Below are positions 11,448-25,650 of a stretch of DNA of 64,000 nucleotides, one piece after another. Below the pieces are notes generated by a model, which was given only the letters and a program-made list of their open reading frames with translations, had not been told where the DNA came from and did not search any database. Every line of letters starts with the position of its first letter. Position 1 is the first letter of the stretch. This stretch comes from Antedon mediterranea (Eukaryota > Animalia > Echinodermata): assembly GCF_964355755.1 (NCBI RefSeq), contig NC_092680.1, positions 11,470,001-11,534,000 on the forward strand, in the 5' to 3' direction. Made by a program: the position numbers and the translations under genes.

Positions 11448-13353
11448 GGTCTAAAACGTCTCCAAATGCGATTTGAGGATATTCTGAGCACTTTGGTGTT
11501 TTTTTGTTAAAAAGTTTTTTCGAAAATCACAAAATGGTCTAAAACGTCTCCAAATGCGATTTGAAGCTATTCTGTACACTTTGATGTTTTGTGTGAAAAA
11601 GTTTTGTCGAAATGCTCAAAATGGTCTAAAACGTTTTTAAATACGATATTAAGCTATTTTGTGATCTTTGATGTTTTTGTGTGAAAAGTTTTATCGAAAT
11701 GCTCAAAATGGTCTAAAACGTTTTTAAAACGATATTAAGCTATTTTGTGCTCTTTGATGTTTTTGTGTAACCAAGTTTCATCGAAAATCACAAAATGGTC
11801 TAAAACGTCGCCAAATGCGATTTGAAGCTTTTCTAAGCACTTTGGTGTTTTTATGTTAACAAGTTTTTTCGAAAATCACGAAATGGTCTAAAATATCTCC
11901 AAATGCGATTTGAAGATATTCTGAGCACTTTGGTGTTTTTATGTTAAAAAGTTTTTTCGAAAACCACAAAATGGTCTAAAACGTCTCCAAACGCGATTTG
12001 AAGCTCTTCTGTACACTTTGATGTTTTGTGTGAAAAAGTTTTGTCGAAATTCTCAAAATGGTCTAAAACGTTTTTAAATACGATATTAAGCTGTTTTGTG
12101 CACTTTGATGATTTGTGTGAAAAGTTTTAACGAAATGCTCAAAATGGTCAAAAACGGTTTCTAATGTGATTTTAAGCACTTTGATGTTTTTGTGTAACCA
12201 AGTTTTTTCAAAAATCACAAAATGGTCTAAAACGTCTCCAAATGCGATTTGAAGCTTTTCTAAGCACTTTGGTGTTTTTATGTTAACAAGTTTTTTCGAA
12301 AATCACAAAATGGTCTAAAACGTCTCCAAATGCGATTTGAAGATATTCTGAGCACTTTGGTGTTTTTATGTTAAAAAGTTTTTTCGAAAATCACAAAATA
12401 GTCTAAAACGTCTCCAAATGCGATTTGAAGCTATTCTGTACACTTTGATGTTTTGTGTGAAAAAGTTTTGTCGAAATGCTCAAAATGGTCTAAAACGTTT
12501 TTAAAACGATATTATTAAGCTATTTTGTGCTCTTTGATGTTTTTGTGTAACCAAGTTTCATCGAAAATCACAAAATGGTCTAAAACGTCTCAAAATGCGA
12601 TTTGAAGCTTTTCTAAGCACTTTGGTGTTTTTATCTTAACAAGTTTTTTCGAAAATCACGAAATGGTCTAAAATGTCTCCAAATGCGATTTGAAGATATT
12701 CTGAGCACTTTGGTGTTTTTATGTTAAAAAGTTTTTTCGAAAATCACAAAATGGTCTAAAACGTCTCCAAATGCGATTTGAAGCTCTTCTGTACACTTTT
12801 ATGTTTTGTGTGAAAAAGTTTTGTCGAAATGCTCAAAATGGTCTAAAACGTTTTTAAATACGATATTAAGCTGTTTTGTGCACTTTGATGATTTGTGTGA
12901 AAAGTTTTAACGAAATGCTCAAAATGGTCTAAAACGGTTTCTAATGTGATTTTAAGCACTTTGATGTTTTTGTGTAACCAAGTTTTTTCGAAAATCACAA
13001 AATAGTCTAAAACGTCTCCAAATGCGATTTGAAGCTTTTCTAAGCACTTTGGTGTTTTTATGTTAACAAGTTTTTTCGAAAATCACAAAATGGTCTAAAA
13101 CGTCTCCAAATGCGATTTGAGGATATTCTGAGCACTTTGGTGTTTTTTTGTTAAAAAGTTTTTTCGAAAATCACAAAATGGTCTAAAACGTCTCCAAATG
13201 CGATTTGAAGCTATTCTGTACACTTTGATGTTTTGTGTGAAAAAGTTTTGTCGAAATGCTCAAAATGGTCTAAAACGTTTTTAAATACGATATTAAGCTA
13301 TTTTGTGATCTTTGATGTTTTTGTGTGAAAAGTTTTATCGAAATGCTCAAAAT

Positions 13354-14898
13354 GGTCTAAAACGGTTTCTATTGTGATTTTAAGCACTTTGATGATTTTG
13401 TGTAACCAAGTTTCATCGAAATGTACAAAATGGTCTAAAACGTCTCCAAATGCGATTTGAAGCTATTCTAAGTACTTTTGTGTTTTTATGTTAACAAGTT
13501 TTTTCGAAAATCACAAAATGGTCTAAAACGTCTCAAAATGCGATTTGAAGCTATTCTGTACACTTTGATGTTTTGTGTGAAAAAGTTTTGTCGAAATGCT
13601 CAAAATGGTCTAAAACGTTTTTAAAACGATATTAAGCTATTTTGTGCTCTTTGATGTTTTTGTGTAACCAAGTTTCATCGAAATCAACAAAATGGTCTAA
13701 TACGTCTCCAAATGCGATTTGAAGCTTTTCCAAGCTTTTTGCTGTTTTTATGTTAAGTTTTTTCGAAAATCACAAAATGGTCTAAAACGTCTTCAAATGC
13801 GATTTGAAGCTATTCTGTACACTTTGATGTTTTGTGTGAAAAAGTTTTGTCGAAATGCTCAAAATGGTCTAAAACGTTTTTAAATACGATATTAAGCTAT
13901 TTTGTGATCTTTGATGTTTTTGTGTGAAAAGTTTTATCAAAATGCTCAAAATGGTCTGAAACGGTTTCTAATGCGATTTGAAGCTATTCTGTAATCTTTG
14001 AAGTTTTGTGTGAAAAAGTTTTCTCGAAATGCTCAAAATGGTCTAAAACGTTTTTATATACCATATTAAGCTATTTTGTGCACTTTGATGTTTTTGTGTG
14101 AAAAGTTTTATCGAAATGCTCAAAATGGTCTAAAACGGTTTCTATTGTGATTTTAAGCACTTTGATGATTTTGTGTAACCAAGTTTCATCGAAATGTACA
14201 AAATGGTCTAAAACGTCTCCAAATGCGATTTGAAGCTATTCTAAGTACTTTTGTGTTTTTATGTTAACAAGTTTTTTCGAAAATCACAAAATGGTCTAAA
14301 ACGTCTCAAAATGCGATTTGAAGCTATTCTGTACACTTTGATGTTTTGTGTGAAAAAGTTTTGTCGAAATGCTCAAAATGGTCTAAAACGTTTTTAAAAC
14401 GATATTAAGCTATTTTGTGCTCTTTGATGTTTTTGTGTAACCAAGTTTCATCGAAATCAACAAAATGGTCTAATACGTCTCCAAATGCGATTTGAAGCTT
14501 TTCCAAGCTTTTTGCTGTTTTTATGTTAAGTTTTTTCGAAAATCACAAAATGGTCTAAAACGTCTTCAAATGCGATTTGAAGCTATTCTGTACACTTTGA
14601 TGTTTTGTGTGAAAAGGTTTTGTCGAAATGCTCAAAATGGTCTAAAACGTTTTTAAATACGATATTAAGCTATTTTGTGATCTTTGATGTTTTTGTGTGA
14701 AAAGTTTTATCAAAATGCTCAAAATGGTCTGAAACGGTTTCTAATGCGATTTGAAGCTATTCTGTACACTTTGAAGTTTTGTGTGAAAAAGTTTTCTCGA
14801 AATGCTCAAAATGGTCTAAAACGTTTTTATATACCATATTAAGCTATTTTGTGCACTTTGATGTTTTTTTTGAAAAGTTTTATCGAAATGCTCAAAAT
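13354..14898 (+). repeat. Tandem pair of a 9-monomer unit (773 bp)
   Basis: The ggtttctattgtg monomer starts at 13354 and 14127, each followed by the same monomer order; 78+88+87+87+85+87+87+87+87 = 773. The same pair is at ~42866-44410. Confidence 0.87.
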
Positions 14899-17800
14899 GG
14901 TCTAAAACGGTTTCTATTGGGATTTTAAGCACTTTGATGATTTTGTGTAACCAAGTTTCATCGAAAATCACAAAATGGTCTAAAACGTCTCCAAATGCGA
15001 TTTGAAGCTTTTCTAAGCACTTTTGTGTTTTTATGTTAACAAGTTTTTTCGAAAATCACAAAATGGTCTAAAACGTCTTCAAATGCGATTTGAAGCTATT
15101 CTGTACACTTTTATGTTTTGTGTGAAAAAGTTTTGTCGAAATTCTCAAAATGGTCTAAAACGTTTTTAAATACGATAATAAGCTGTTTTGTGCACTTTGA
15201 TGATTTGTGTGAAAAGTTTTAACGAAATGCTCAAAATGGTCTAAAACGGTTTCTAATGTGATTTTAAGCACTTTGATGTTTTTGTGTAACCAAGTTTTTT
15301 CGAAAATCACAAAATAGTTTAAAACGTCTCCAAATGCGATTTGAAGCTTTTCTAAGCACTTTGGTGTTTTTATGTTAACAAGTTTTTTCGAAAATCACAA
15401 AATGGTCTAAAACGTCTCCAAATGCGATTTGAGGATATTCTGAGCACTTTGGTGTTTTTTTGTTAAAAAGTTTTTTCGAAAATCACAAAATGGTCTAAAA
15501 CGTCTCCAAATGCGATTTGAAGCTATTCTGTACACTTTGATGTTTTGTGTGAAAAAGTTTTGTCGAAATTCTCAAAATGTTCTAAAACGTTTTTAAATAC
15601 GATATTAAGCTATTTTGTGATCTTTGATGTTTTTGTGTGAAAAGTTTTATCGAAATGCTCAAAATGGTCTAAAACGTTTTTAAAACGATATTAAGCTATT
15701 TTGTGCTCTTTGATGTTTTTGTGTAACCAAGTTTCATCGAAAATCACAAAATGGTCTAAAACGTCGCCAAATGCGATTTGAAGCTTTTCTAAGCACTTTG
15801 GTGTTTTTATGTTAACAAGTTTTTTCGAAAATCACGAAATGGTCTAAAATATCTCCAAATGCGATTTGAAGATATTCTGAGCACTTTGGTGTTTTTATGT
15901 TCAAAAGTTTTTTCGAAAATCACAAAATAGTCTAAAACGTCTCCAAATGCGATTTGAAGCTATTCTGTACACTTTGAAGTTTTGTGTGAAAAAGTTTTGT
16001 CGAAATGCTCAAAATGGTCTAAAACGTTTTTAAAACGATATTAAGCTATTTTGTGCACTTTAATGATTTGTGTGAAAAGTTTTACGAAATGCTCAAAATG
16101 GTCTAAAACGGTTTCTAATGTGATTTTAAGCACTTTGATGTTTTTGTGTAACCAAGTTTTTTCGAAAATCACAAAATGGTCTAAAACGTCTCCAAATGCG
16201 ATTTCAAGCTTTTCTAAGCACTTTGGTGTTTTTATGTTAACAAGTTTTTTCGAAAATCACAAAATGGTCTAAAACGTCTCCAAATGCGATTTGAAGCTTT
16301 TCTAAGCACTTTGGTGTTTTTATGTTAACAAGTTTTTTCGAAAATCTTGAAATGGTCTAAAATGTCTCCAAATGCGATTTGAAGCTATTCTGTACACTTT
16401 GATGTTTTGTGTGAAAAAGTTTTGTCGAAATGCTCAAAATGGTCTAAAACGTTTTTAAATACGATATTAAGCTGTTTTGTGCACTCTGATGATTTGTGTG
16501 AAAAGTTTTAACGAAATGCTCAAAATGGTCAAAAACGGTTTCTAATGTGATTTTAAGCACTTTGATGTTTTTGTGTAACCAAGTTTTTTCAAAAATCACA
16601 AAATGGTCTAAAACGTCTCCAAATGCGATTTGAAGCTTTTCTAAGCACTTTGGTGTTTTTATGTTAACAAGTTTTTTCGAAAATCACAAAATGGTCTAAA
16701 ACGTCTCCAAATGCGATTTGAAGATATTCTGAGCACTTTGGTGTTTTTATGTTAAAAAGTTTTTTCGAAAATCACAAAATAGTCTAAAACGTCTCCAAAT
16801 GCGATTTGAAGCTATTCTGTACACTTTGATGTTTTGTGTGAAAAAGTTTTGTCGAAATGCTCAAAATGGTCTAAAACGTTTTTAAAACGATATTAAGCTA
16901 TTTTGTGCTCTTTGATGTTTTTGTGTAACCAAGTTTCATCGAAAATCACAAAATGGTCTAAAACGTCTCAAAATGCGATTTGAAGCTTTTCTAAGCACTT
17001 TGGTGTTTTTATGTTAACAAGTTTTTTCGAAAATCACGAAATGGTTTAAAATATCTCCAAATGCGATTTGAAGATATTCTGAGCACTTTGGTGTTTTTAT
17101 GTTAAAAAGTTTTTTCGAAAATCACAAAATGGTCTAAAACGTCTCCAAATGCGATTTGAAGCTCTTCTGTACACTTTGACGTTTTGTGTGAAAAAGTTTT
17201 GTCGAAATGCTCAAAATGGTCTAAAACGTTTTCAAATACGATATTAAGCTGTTTTGTGCACTTTGATGATTTGTGTGAAAAGTTTTAACGAAATCCTCAA
17301 AATGGTCTAAAACGGTTTCTAATGTGATTTTAAGCACTTTGATGTTTTTGTGTAACCAAGTTTTATCGAAAATCACAAAATAGTCTAAAACGTCTCCAAA
17401 TGCGATTTGAAGCTTTTCTAAGCACTTTGGTGTTTTTATGTTAACAAGTTTTTTCGAAAATCACAAAATGGTCTAAAACGTCTCCAAATGCGATTTGAGG
17501 ATATTCTGAGCACTTTGGTGTTTTTTTGTTAAAAAGTTTTTTCGAAAATCACAAAATGGTCTAAAACGTCTCCAAATGCGATTTGAAGCTATTCTGTACA
17601 CTTTGATGTTTTGTGTGAAAAAGTTTTGTCGAAATGCTCAAAATGGTCTAAAACATTTTTAAATACGATATTAAGCTATTTTGTGATCTTTGATGTTTTT
17701 GTGTGAAAAGTTTTATCGAAATGCTCAAAATGGTCTAAAACGGTTTCTATTGTGATTTTAAGCACTTTGATGATTTTGTGTAACCAAGTTTCATCGAAAT

Positions 17801-18449
17801 GTACAAAATGGTCTAAAACGTCTCCAAATGCGATTTGAAGCTATTCTAAGTACTTTTGTGTTTTTATGTTAACAAGTTTTTTCGAAAATAACAAAATGGT
17901 CTAAAACGTCTTCAAATGCGATTTGAAGCTATTCTGTACACTTTGATGTTTTGTGTGAAAAAGTTTTGTCAAAATTCTCAAAATGGTCTAAAACGTTTTT
18001 AAATTCGATATTAAGCTGTTTTGTGCACTTTGATGATTTGTGTGAAAAGTTTTAACGAAATGCTCAAAATGGTCAAAAACGGTTTCTAATGTGATTTTAA
18101 GCACTTTGATGTTTTTGTGTAACCAAGTTTTTTCAAAAATCACAAAATGGTCTAAAACGTCTCCAAATGCGATTTGAAGCTTTTCTAAGCACTTTGGTGT
18201 TTTTATGTTAACAAGTTTTTTCGAAAATCACAAAATGGTCTAAAACGTCTCAAAATGCGATTTGAAGCTAATCTGTACACTTTGATGTTTTGTGTGAAAA
18301 AGTTTTGTCGAAATGCTCAAAATGGTCTAAAACGTTTTTAAAACGATATTAAGCTATTTTGTGCTCTTTGATGTTTTTGTGTAACCAAGTTTCATCGAAA
18401 TGTACAAAATGGTCTAAAACGTCTTTAAATGCGATTTGAAGCTATTCTA

Positions 18450-21400
18450 AGTACTTTTGTGTTTTTATGTTAACAAGTTTTTTCGAAAATCACAAAATGG
18501 TCTAAAACGTCTTCAAATGCGATTTGAAGCTATTCTGTACACTTTGATGTTTTGTGTGAAAAAGTTTTGTCAAAATGCTCAAAATGGTCTAAAACGTTTT
18601 TAAAACGATATTAAGCTATTTTGTGCTCTTTGATGTTTTTGTGTAACCAAGTTTCATCGAAAATCACAACATGGTCTAAAACGTCTCCAAATGCGATTTG
18701 AAGCTTTTCTAAGCACTTTGGTGTTTTTATGTTAACAAGTTTTTTCGAAAATCACAAAATGGTCTAAAACGTCTCCAAATGCGATTTGAAGCTCTTCAGT
18801 ACACTTTGATGTTTTGTTTGAAAAAGTTTTGTCGAAATTCTCAAAATGGTCTAAAACGTTTTTAAATTCGATATTAAGCTGTTTTGTGCACTTTGATGAT
18901 TTGTGTGAAAAGTTTTAACGAAATGCTCAAAATGGTCTAAAACGGTTTCTAATGTGATTTTAAGCACTTTGATGTTTTTGTGTAACCAAGTTTTTTCGAA
19001 AATCACAAAATAGTCTAAAACGTCTCCAAATGCGATTTGAAGCTTTTCTAAGCACTTTGGTGTTTTTATGTTAAGTTTTTTCGAAAATCACAAAATGGTC
19101 TAAAACGTCTCCAAATGCAATTTGAGGATATTCTGAGCACTTTGGTGTTTTTTTGTTAAAAAGTTTTTTCGAAAATCACAAAATGGTCTAAAACGTCTCC
19201 AAATGCGATTTGAAGCTATTCTGTACACTTTGATGTTTTGTGTGAAAAAGTTTTGTCGAAATGCTCAAAATGGTCTAAAACATTTTTAAATACGATATTA
19301 AGCTATTTTGTGATCTTTGATGTTTTTGTGTGAAAAGTTTTATCGAAATGCTCAAAATGGTCTAAAACGGTTTCTATTGTGATTTTAAGCACTTTGATGA
19401 TTTTGTGTAACCAAGTTTCATCGAAATGTACAAAATGGTCTAAAACGTCTCCAAATGCGATTTGAAGCTATTCTAAGTACTTTTGTGTTTTTATGTTAAC
19501 AAGTTTTTTCGAAAATCACAAAATGGTCTAAAACGTCTTCAAATGCGATTTGAAGCTATTCTGTACACTTTGATGTTTTGTGTGAAAAAGTTTTGTCAAA
19601 ATGCTCAAAATGGTCTAAAACGTTTTTAAAACGATATTAAGCTATTTTGTGCTCTTTGATGTTTTTGTGTAACCAAGTTTCATCGAAAATCACAACATGG
19701 TCTAAAACGTCTCCAAATGCGATTTGAAGCTTTTCTAAGCACTTTGGTGTTTTTATGTTAACAAGTTTTTTCGATAATCACAAAATGGTCTAAAACGTCT
19801 CCAAATGCGATTTGAAGCTCTTCTGTACACTTTGATGTTTTGTTTGAAAAAGTTTTGTCGAAATTTTCAAAATGGTCTAAAACGTTTTTAAATACGATAT
19901 TAAGCTGTTTTGTGCACTTTGATGATTTGTGTGAAAAGTTTTAACAAATGCTCAAAATGGTCTAAAACGGTTTCTAATGTGATTTTAAGCACTTTGATGT
20001 TTTTGTGTAACCAAGTTTTTTCGAAAATCACAAAATAGTCTAAAACGTCTCCAAATGCGATTTGAAGCTTTTCTAAGCACTTTGGTGTTTTTATGTTAAC
20101 AAGTTGTTTCGAAAATCACAAAATGGTCTAAAACGTCTCCAAATGCGATTTGAGGATATTCTGAGCACTTTGGTGTTTTTTTGTTAAAAAGTTTTTTCGA
20201 AAATCACAAAATGGTCTAAAACGTCTCCAAATGCGATTTGAAGCTATTCTGTACACTTTGATGTTTTGTGTGAAAAAGTTTTGTCGAAATGCTCAAAATG
20301 GTCTAAAACGTTTTTAAATACGATATTAAGCTATTTTGTGATCTTTGATGTTTTTGTGTGAAAAGTTTTATCGAAATGCTCAAAATGGTCTAAAACGTTT
20401 TTAAAACGATATTAAGCTATTTTGTGCTCTTTGATGTTTTTGTGTAACCAAGTTTCATCGAAAATCACAAAATGGTCTAAAACGTCGCCAAATGCGATTT
20501 GAAGCTTTTCTAAGCACTTTGGTGTTTTTATGTTAACAAGTTTTTTCGAAAATCACGAAATGGTCTAAAATATCTCCAAATGCGATTTGAAGATATTCTG
20601 AGCACTTTGGTGTTTTTATGTTAAAAAGTTTTTTCGAAAATCACCAAATGGTCTAAAACGTCTCCAAACGCGATTTGAAGCTCTTCTGTACACTTTGATG
20701 TTTTGTGTGAAAAAGTTTTGTCGAAATTCTCAAAATGGTCTAAAACGTTTTTAAATACGATATTAAGCTGTTTTGTGCACTCTGATGATTTGTGTGAAAA
20801 GTTTTAACGAAATGCTCAAAATGGTCAAAAACGGTTTCTAATGTGATTTTAAGCACTTTGATGTTTTTGTGTAACCAAGTTTTTTCAAAAATCACAAAAT
20901 GGTCTAAAACGTCTCCAAATGCGATTTGAAGCTTTTCTAAGCACTTTGGTGTTTTTATGTTAACAAGTTTTTTCGAAAATCACAAAATGGTCTAAAACGT
21001 CTCCAAATGCGATTTGAAGATATTCTGAGCACTTTGGTGTTTTTATGTTAAAAAGTTTTTTCGAAAATCACAAAATAGTCTAAAACGTCTCCAAATGCGA
21101 TTTGAAGCTATTCTGTACACTTTGATGTTTTGTGTGAAAAAGTTTTGTCGAAATGCTCAAAATGGTCTAAAACGTTTTTAAAACGATATTAAGCTATTTT
21201 GTGCTCTTTGATGTTTTTTTGTAACCAAGTTTCATCGAAAATCACAAAATGGTCTAAAACGTCTCAAAATGCGATTTGAAGCTCTTCTGTACACTTTGAT
21301 GTTTTGTGTGAAAAAGTTTTGTCGAAATTCTCAAAATGGTCTAAAACGTTTTTAAATACGATATTAAGCTGTTTTGTGCACTCTGATGATTTGTGTGAAA

Positions 21401-24400
21401 AGTTTTAACGAAATGCTCAAAATGGTCAAAAACGGTTTCTAATGTGATTTTAAGCACTTTGATGTTTTTGTGTAACCAAGTTTTTTCAAAAATCACAAAA
21501 TGGTCTAAAACGTCTCCAAATGCGATTTGAAGCTTTTCTAAGCACTTTGGTGTTTTTATGTTAACAAGTTTTTTCGAAAATCACAAAATGGTCTAAAACG
21601 TCTCCAAATGCGATTTGAAGATATTCTGAGCACTTTGGTGTTTTTATGTTAAAAAGTTTTTTCGAAAATCACAAAATAGTCTAAAACGTCTCCAAATGCG
21701 ATTTGAAGCTATTCTGTACACTTTGATGTTTTGTGTGAAAAAGTTTTGTCGAAATGCTCAAAATGGTCTAAAACGTTTTTAAAACGATATTAAGCTATTT
21801 TGTGCTCTTTGATGTTTTTTTGTAACCAAGTTTCATCGAAAATCACAAAATGGTCTAAAACGTCTCAAAATGCGATTTGAAGCTTTTCTAAGCACTTTGG
21901 TGTTTTTATGTTAACAAGTTTTTTCGAAAATCACGAAATGGTCTAAAATGTCTCCAAATGCGATTTGAAGATATTCTGAGCACTTTGGTGTTTTTATCTT
22001 AACAAGTTTTTTCGAAAATCACGAAATGGTCTAAAATGTCTCCAAATGCGATTTGAAGATATTCTGAGCACTTTGGTGTTTTTATGTTGAAAAGTTTTTT
22101 CGAAAATCACAAAATGGTCTAAAACGTCTCCAAATGCGATTTGAAGCTCTTCTGTACACTTTGATGTTTTGTGTGAAAAAGTTTTGTCGAAATGCTCAAA
22201 ATGGTCTAAAACGTTTTTAAATACGATATTAAGCTGTTTTGTGCACTTTGATGATTTGTGTGAAAAGTTTTAACGAAATGCTCAAAATGGTCTAAAACGG
22301 TTTCTAATGTGATTTTAAGCACTTTGATGTTTTTGTGTAACCAAGTTTTTTCGAAAATCACAAAATAGTCTAAAACGTCTCCAAATGCGATTTGAAGCTT
22401 TTCTAAGCACTTTGGTGTTTTTATGTTAACAAGTTTTTTCGAAAATCACAAAATGGTCTAAAACGTCTCCAAATGCGATTTGAGGATATTCTGAGCACTT
22501 TGGTGTTTTTTTGTTAAAAAGTTTTTTCGAAAATCACAAAATGGTCTAAAACGTCTCCAAATGCGATTTGAAGCTATTCTGTACACTTTGATGTTTTGTG
22601 TGAAAAAGTTTTTTCGAAATGCTCAAAATGGTCTAAAACGTTTTTAAATACGATATAAAGCTATTTTGTGATCTTTGATGTTTTTGTGTGAAAAGTTTTA
22701 TCGAAATGCTCAAAATGGTCTAAAACGGTTTCTATTGTGATTTTAAGCACTTTGATGATTTTGTGTAACCAAGTTTCATCGAAATGTACAAAATGGTCTA
22801 AAACGTCTCCAAATGCGATTTGAAGCTATTCTAAGTACTTTTGTGTTTTTATGTTAACAAGTTTTTTCGAAAATCACAAAATGGTCTAAAACGTCTTCAA
22901 ATGCGATTTGAAGCTATTCTGTACACTTTGATGTTTTGTGTGAAAAAGTTTTGTCAAAATGCTCAAAATGGTCTAAAACGTTTTTAAAACGATATTAAGC
23001 TATTTTGTGCTCTTTGATGTTTTTGTGTAACCAAGTTTCATCGAAAATCACAACATGGTCTAAAACGTCTCCAAATGCGATTTGAAGCTTTTCTAAGCAC
23101 TTTGGTGTTTTTATGTTAACAAGTTTTTTCGAAAATCACAAAATGGTCTAAAACGTCTCCAAATGCGATTTGAAGCTCTTCAGTACACTTTGATGTTTTG
23201 TTTGAAAAAGTTTTGTCGAAATTCTCAAAATGGTCTAAAACGTTTTTAAATTCGATATTAAGCTGTTTTGTGCACTTTGATGATTTGTGTGAAAAGTTTT
23301 AACGAAATGCTCAAAATGGTCTAAAACGGTTTCTAATGTGATTTTAAGCACTTTGATGTTTTTGTGTAACCAAGTTTTTTCGAAAATCACAAAATAGTCT
23401 AAAACGTCTCCAAATGCGATTTGAAGCTTTTCTAAGCACTTTGGTGTTTTTATGTTAACAAGTTTTTTCGAAAATCACAAAATGGTCTAAAACGTCTCCA
23501 AATGCGATTTGAGGATATTCTGAGCACTTTGGTGTTTTTTTGTTAAAAAGTTTTTTCGAAAATCACAAAATGGTCTAAAACGTCTCCAAATGCGATTTGA
23601 AGCTATTCTGTACACTTTGATGTTTTGTGTGAAAAAGTTTTGTCGAAATGCTCAAAATGGTCTAAAACATTTTTAAATACGATATTAAGCTATTTTGTGA
23701 TCTTTGATGTTTTTGTGTGAAAAGTTTTATCGAAATGCTCAAAATGGTCTAAAACGGTTTCTATTGTGATTTTAAGCACTTTGATGATTTTGTGTAACCA
23801 AGTTTCATCGAAATGTACAAAATGGTCTAAAACGTCTCCAAATGCGATTTGAAGCTATTCTAAGTACTTTTGTGTTTTTATGTTAACAAGTTTTTCGAAA
23901 ATCACAAAATGGTCTAAAACGTCTTCAAATGCGATTTGAAGCTATTCTGTACACTTTGATGTTTTGTGTGAAAAAGTTTTGTCAAAATGCTCAAAATGGT
24001 CTAAAACGTTTTTAAAACGATATTAAGCTATTTTGTGCTCTTTGATGTTTTTGTGTAACCAAGTTTCATCGAAAATCACAACATGGTCTAAAACGTCTCC
24101 AAATGCGAATTGAAGCTTTTCTAAGCACTTTGGTGTTTTTATGTTAACAAGTTTTTTCGAAAATCACAAAATGGTCTAAAACGTCTCCAAATGCGATTTG
24201 AAGCTCTTCTGTACACTTTGATGTTTTGTTTGAAAAAGTTTTGTCGAAATTTTCAAAATGGTCTAAAACGTTTTTAAATACGATATTAAGCTGTTTTGTG
24301 CACTTTGATGATTTGTGTGAAAAGTTTTAACGAAATGCTCAAAATGGTCTAAAACGGTTTCTAATGTGATTTTAAGCACTTTGATGTTTTTGTGTAACCA

Positions 24401-25650
24401 AGTTTTTTCGAAAATCACAAAATAGTCTAAAACGTCTCCAAATGCGATTTGAAGCTTTTCTAAGCACTTTGGTGTTTTTATGTTAACAAGTTTTTTCGAA
24501 AATCACAAAATGGTCTAAAACGTCTCCAAATGCGATTTGAGGATATTCTGAGCACTTTGGTGTTTTTTTGTTAAAAAGTTTTTTCGAAAATCACAAAATG
24601 GTCTAAAACGTCTCCAAATGCGATTTGAAGCTATTCTGTACACTTTGATGTTTTGTGTGAAAAAGTTTTGTCGAAATGCTCAAAATGGTCTAAAACGTTT
24701 TTAAATACGATATTAAGCTATTTTGTGATCTTTGATGTTTTTGTGTGAAAAGTTTTATCGAAATGCTCAAAATGGTCTAAAACGTTTTTAAAACGATATT
24801 AAGCTATTTTGTGCTCTTTGATGTTTTTGTGTAACCAAGTTTCATCGAAAATCACAAAATGGTCTAAAACGTCGCCAAATGCGATTTGAAGCTTTTCTAA
24901 GCACTTTGGTGTTTTTATGTTAACAAGTTTTTTCGAAAATCACGAAATGGTCTAAAATATCTCCAAATGCGATTTGAAGATATTCTGAGCACTTTGGTGT
25001 TTTTATGTTAAAAAGTTTTTTCGAAAATCACAAAATGGTCTAAAACGTCTCCAAACGCGATTTGAAGCTCTTCTGTACACTTTGATGTTTTGTGTGAAAA
25101 AGTTTTGTCGAAATTCTCAAAATGGTCTAAAACGTTTTTAAATACGATATTAAGCTGTTTTGTGCACTTTGATGATTTGTGTGAAAAGTTTTAACGAAAT
25201 GCTCAAAATGGTCAAAAACGGTTTCTAATGTGATTTTAAGCACTTTGATGTTTTTGTGTAACCAAGTTTTTTCAAAAATCACAAAATGGTCTAAAACGTC
25301 TCCAAATGCGATTTGAAGCTTTTCTAAGCACTTTGGTGTTTTTATGTTAACAAGTTTTTTCGAAAATCACAAAATGGTCTAAAACGTCTCCAAATGCGAT
25401 TTGAAGATATTCTGAGCACTTTGGTGTTTTTATGTTAAAAAGTTTTTTCGAAAATCACAAAATAGTCTAAAACGTCTCCAAATGCGATTTGAAGCTATTC
25501 TGTACACTTTGATGTTTTGTGTGAAAAAGTTTTGTCGAAATGCTCAAAATGGTCTAAAACGTTTTTAAAACGATATTATTAAGCTATTTTGTGCTCTTTG
25601 ATGTTTTTGTGTAACCAAGTTTCATCGAAAATCACAAAATGGTCTAAAAC
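18450..25650 (+). repeat. ~4,384-4,387-bp periodic duplication (18.45-21.25 kb similar to 22.8-25.65 kb)
   Basis: Variants cagtacac at 18797/23181, aaaacattttt at 19281/23668, ccaaacgcg at 20668/25055. Boundaries are approximate. Confidence 0.78.
20675..21880 (+). repeat. Tandem duplication of a 7-monomer unit (601 bp)
   Basis: Private variants gcactctgat (20781/21382) and gatgtttttttgtaacc (~21211/21812) are 601 bp apart; 87+86+78+88+88+87+87 = 601. Confidence 0.87.

Noticed and set aside
16051-16272. 73-aa ORF MCTLMICVKSF..., identical at 45563, 45988, 58540 and 58965
   Set aside because: It lies entirely in satellite monomers, starts at TTG, and is opened by a 1-bp deletion and one substitution. 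The peptide is just translated repeat (KWSKT recurring) with no recognisable domain, and its copies track the DNA duplications.
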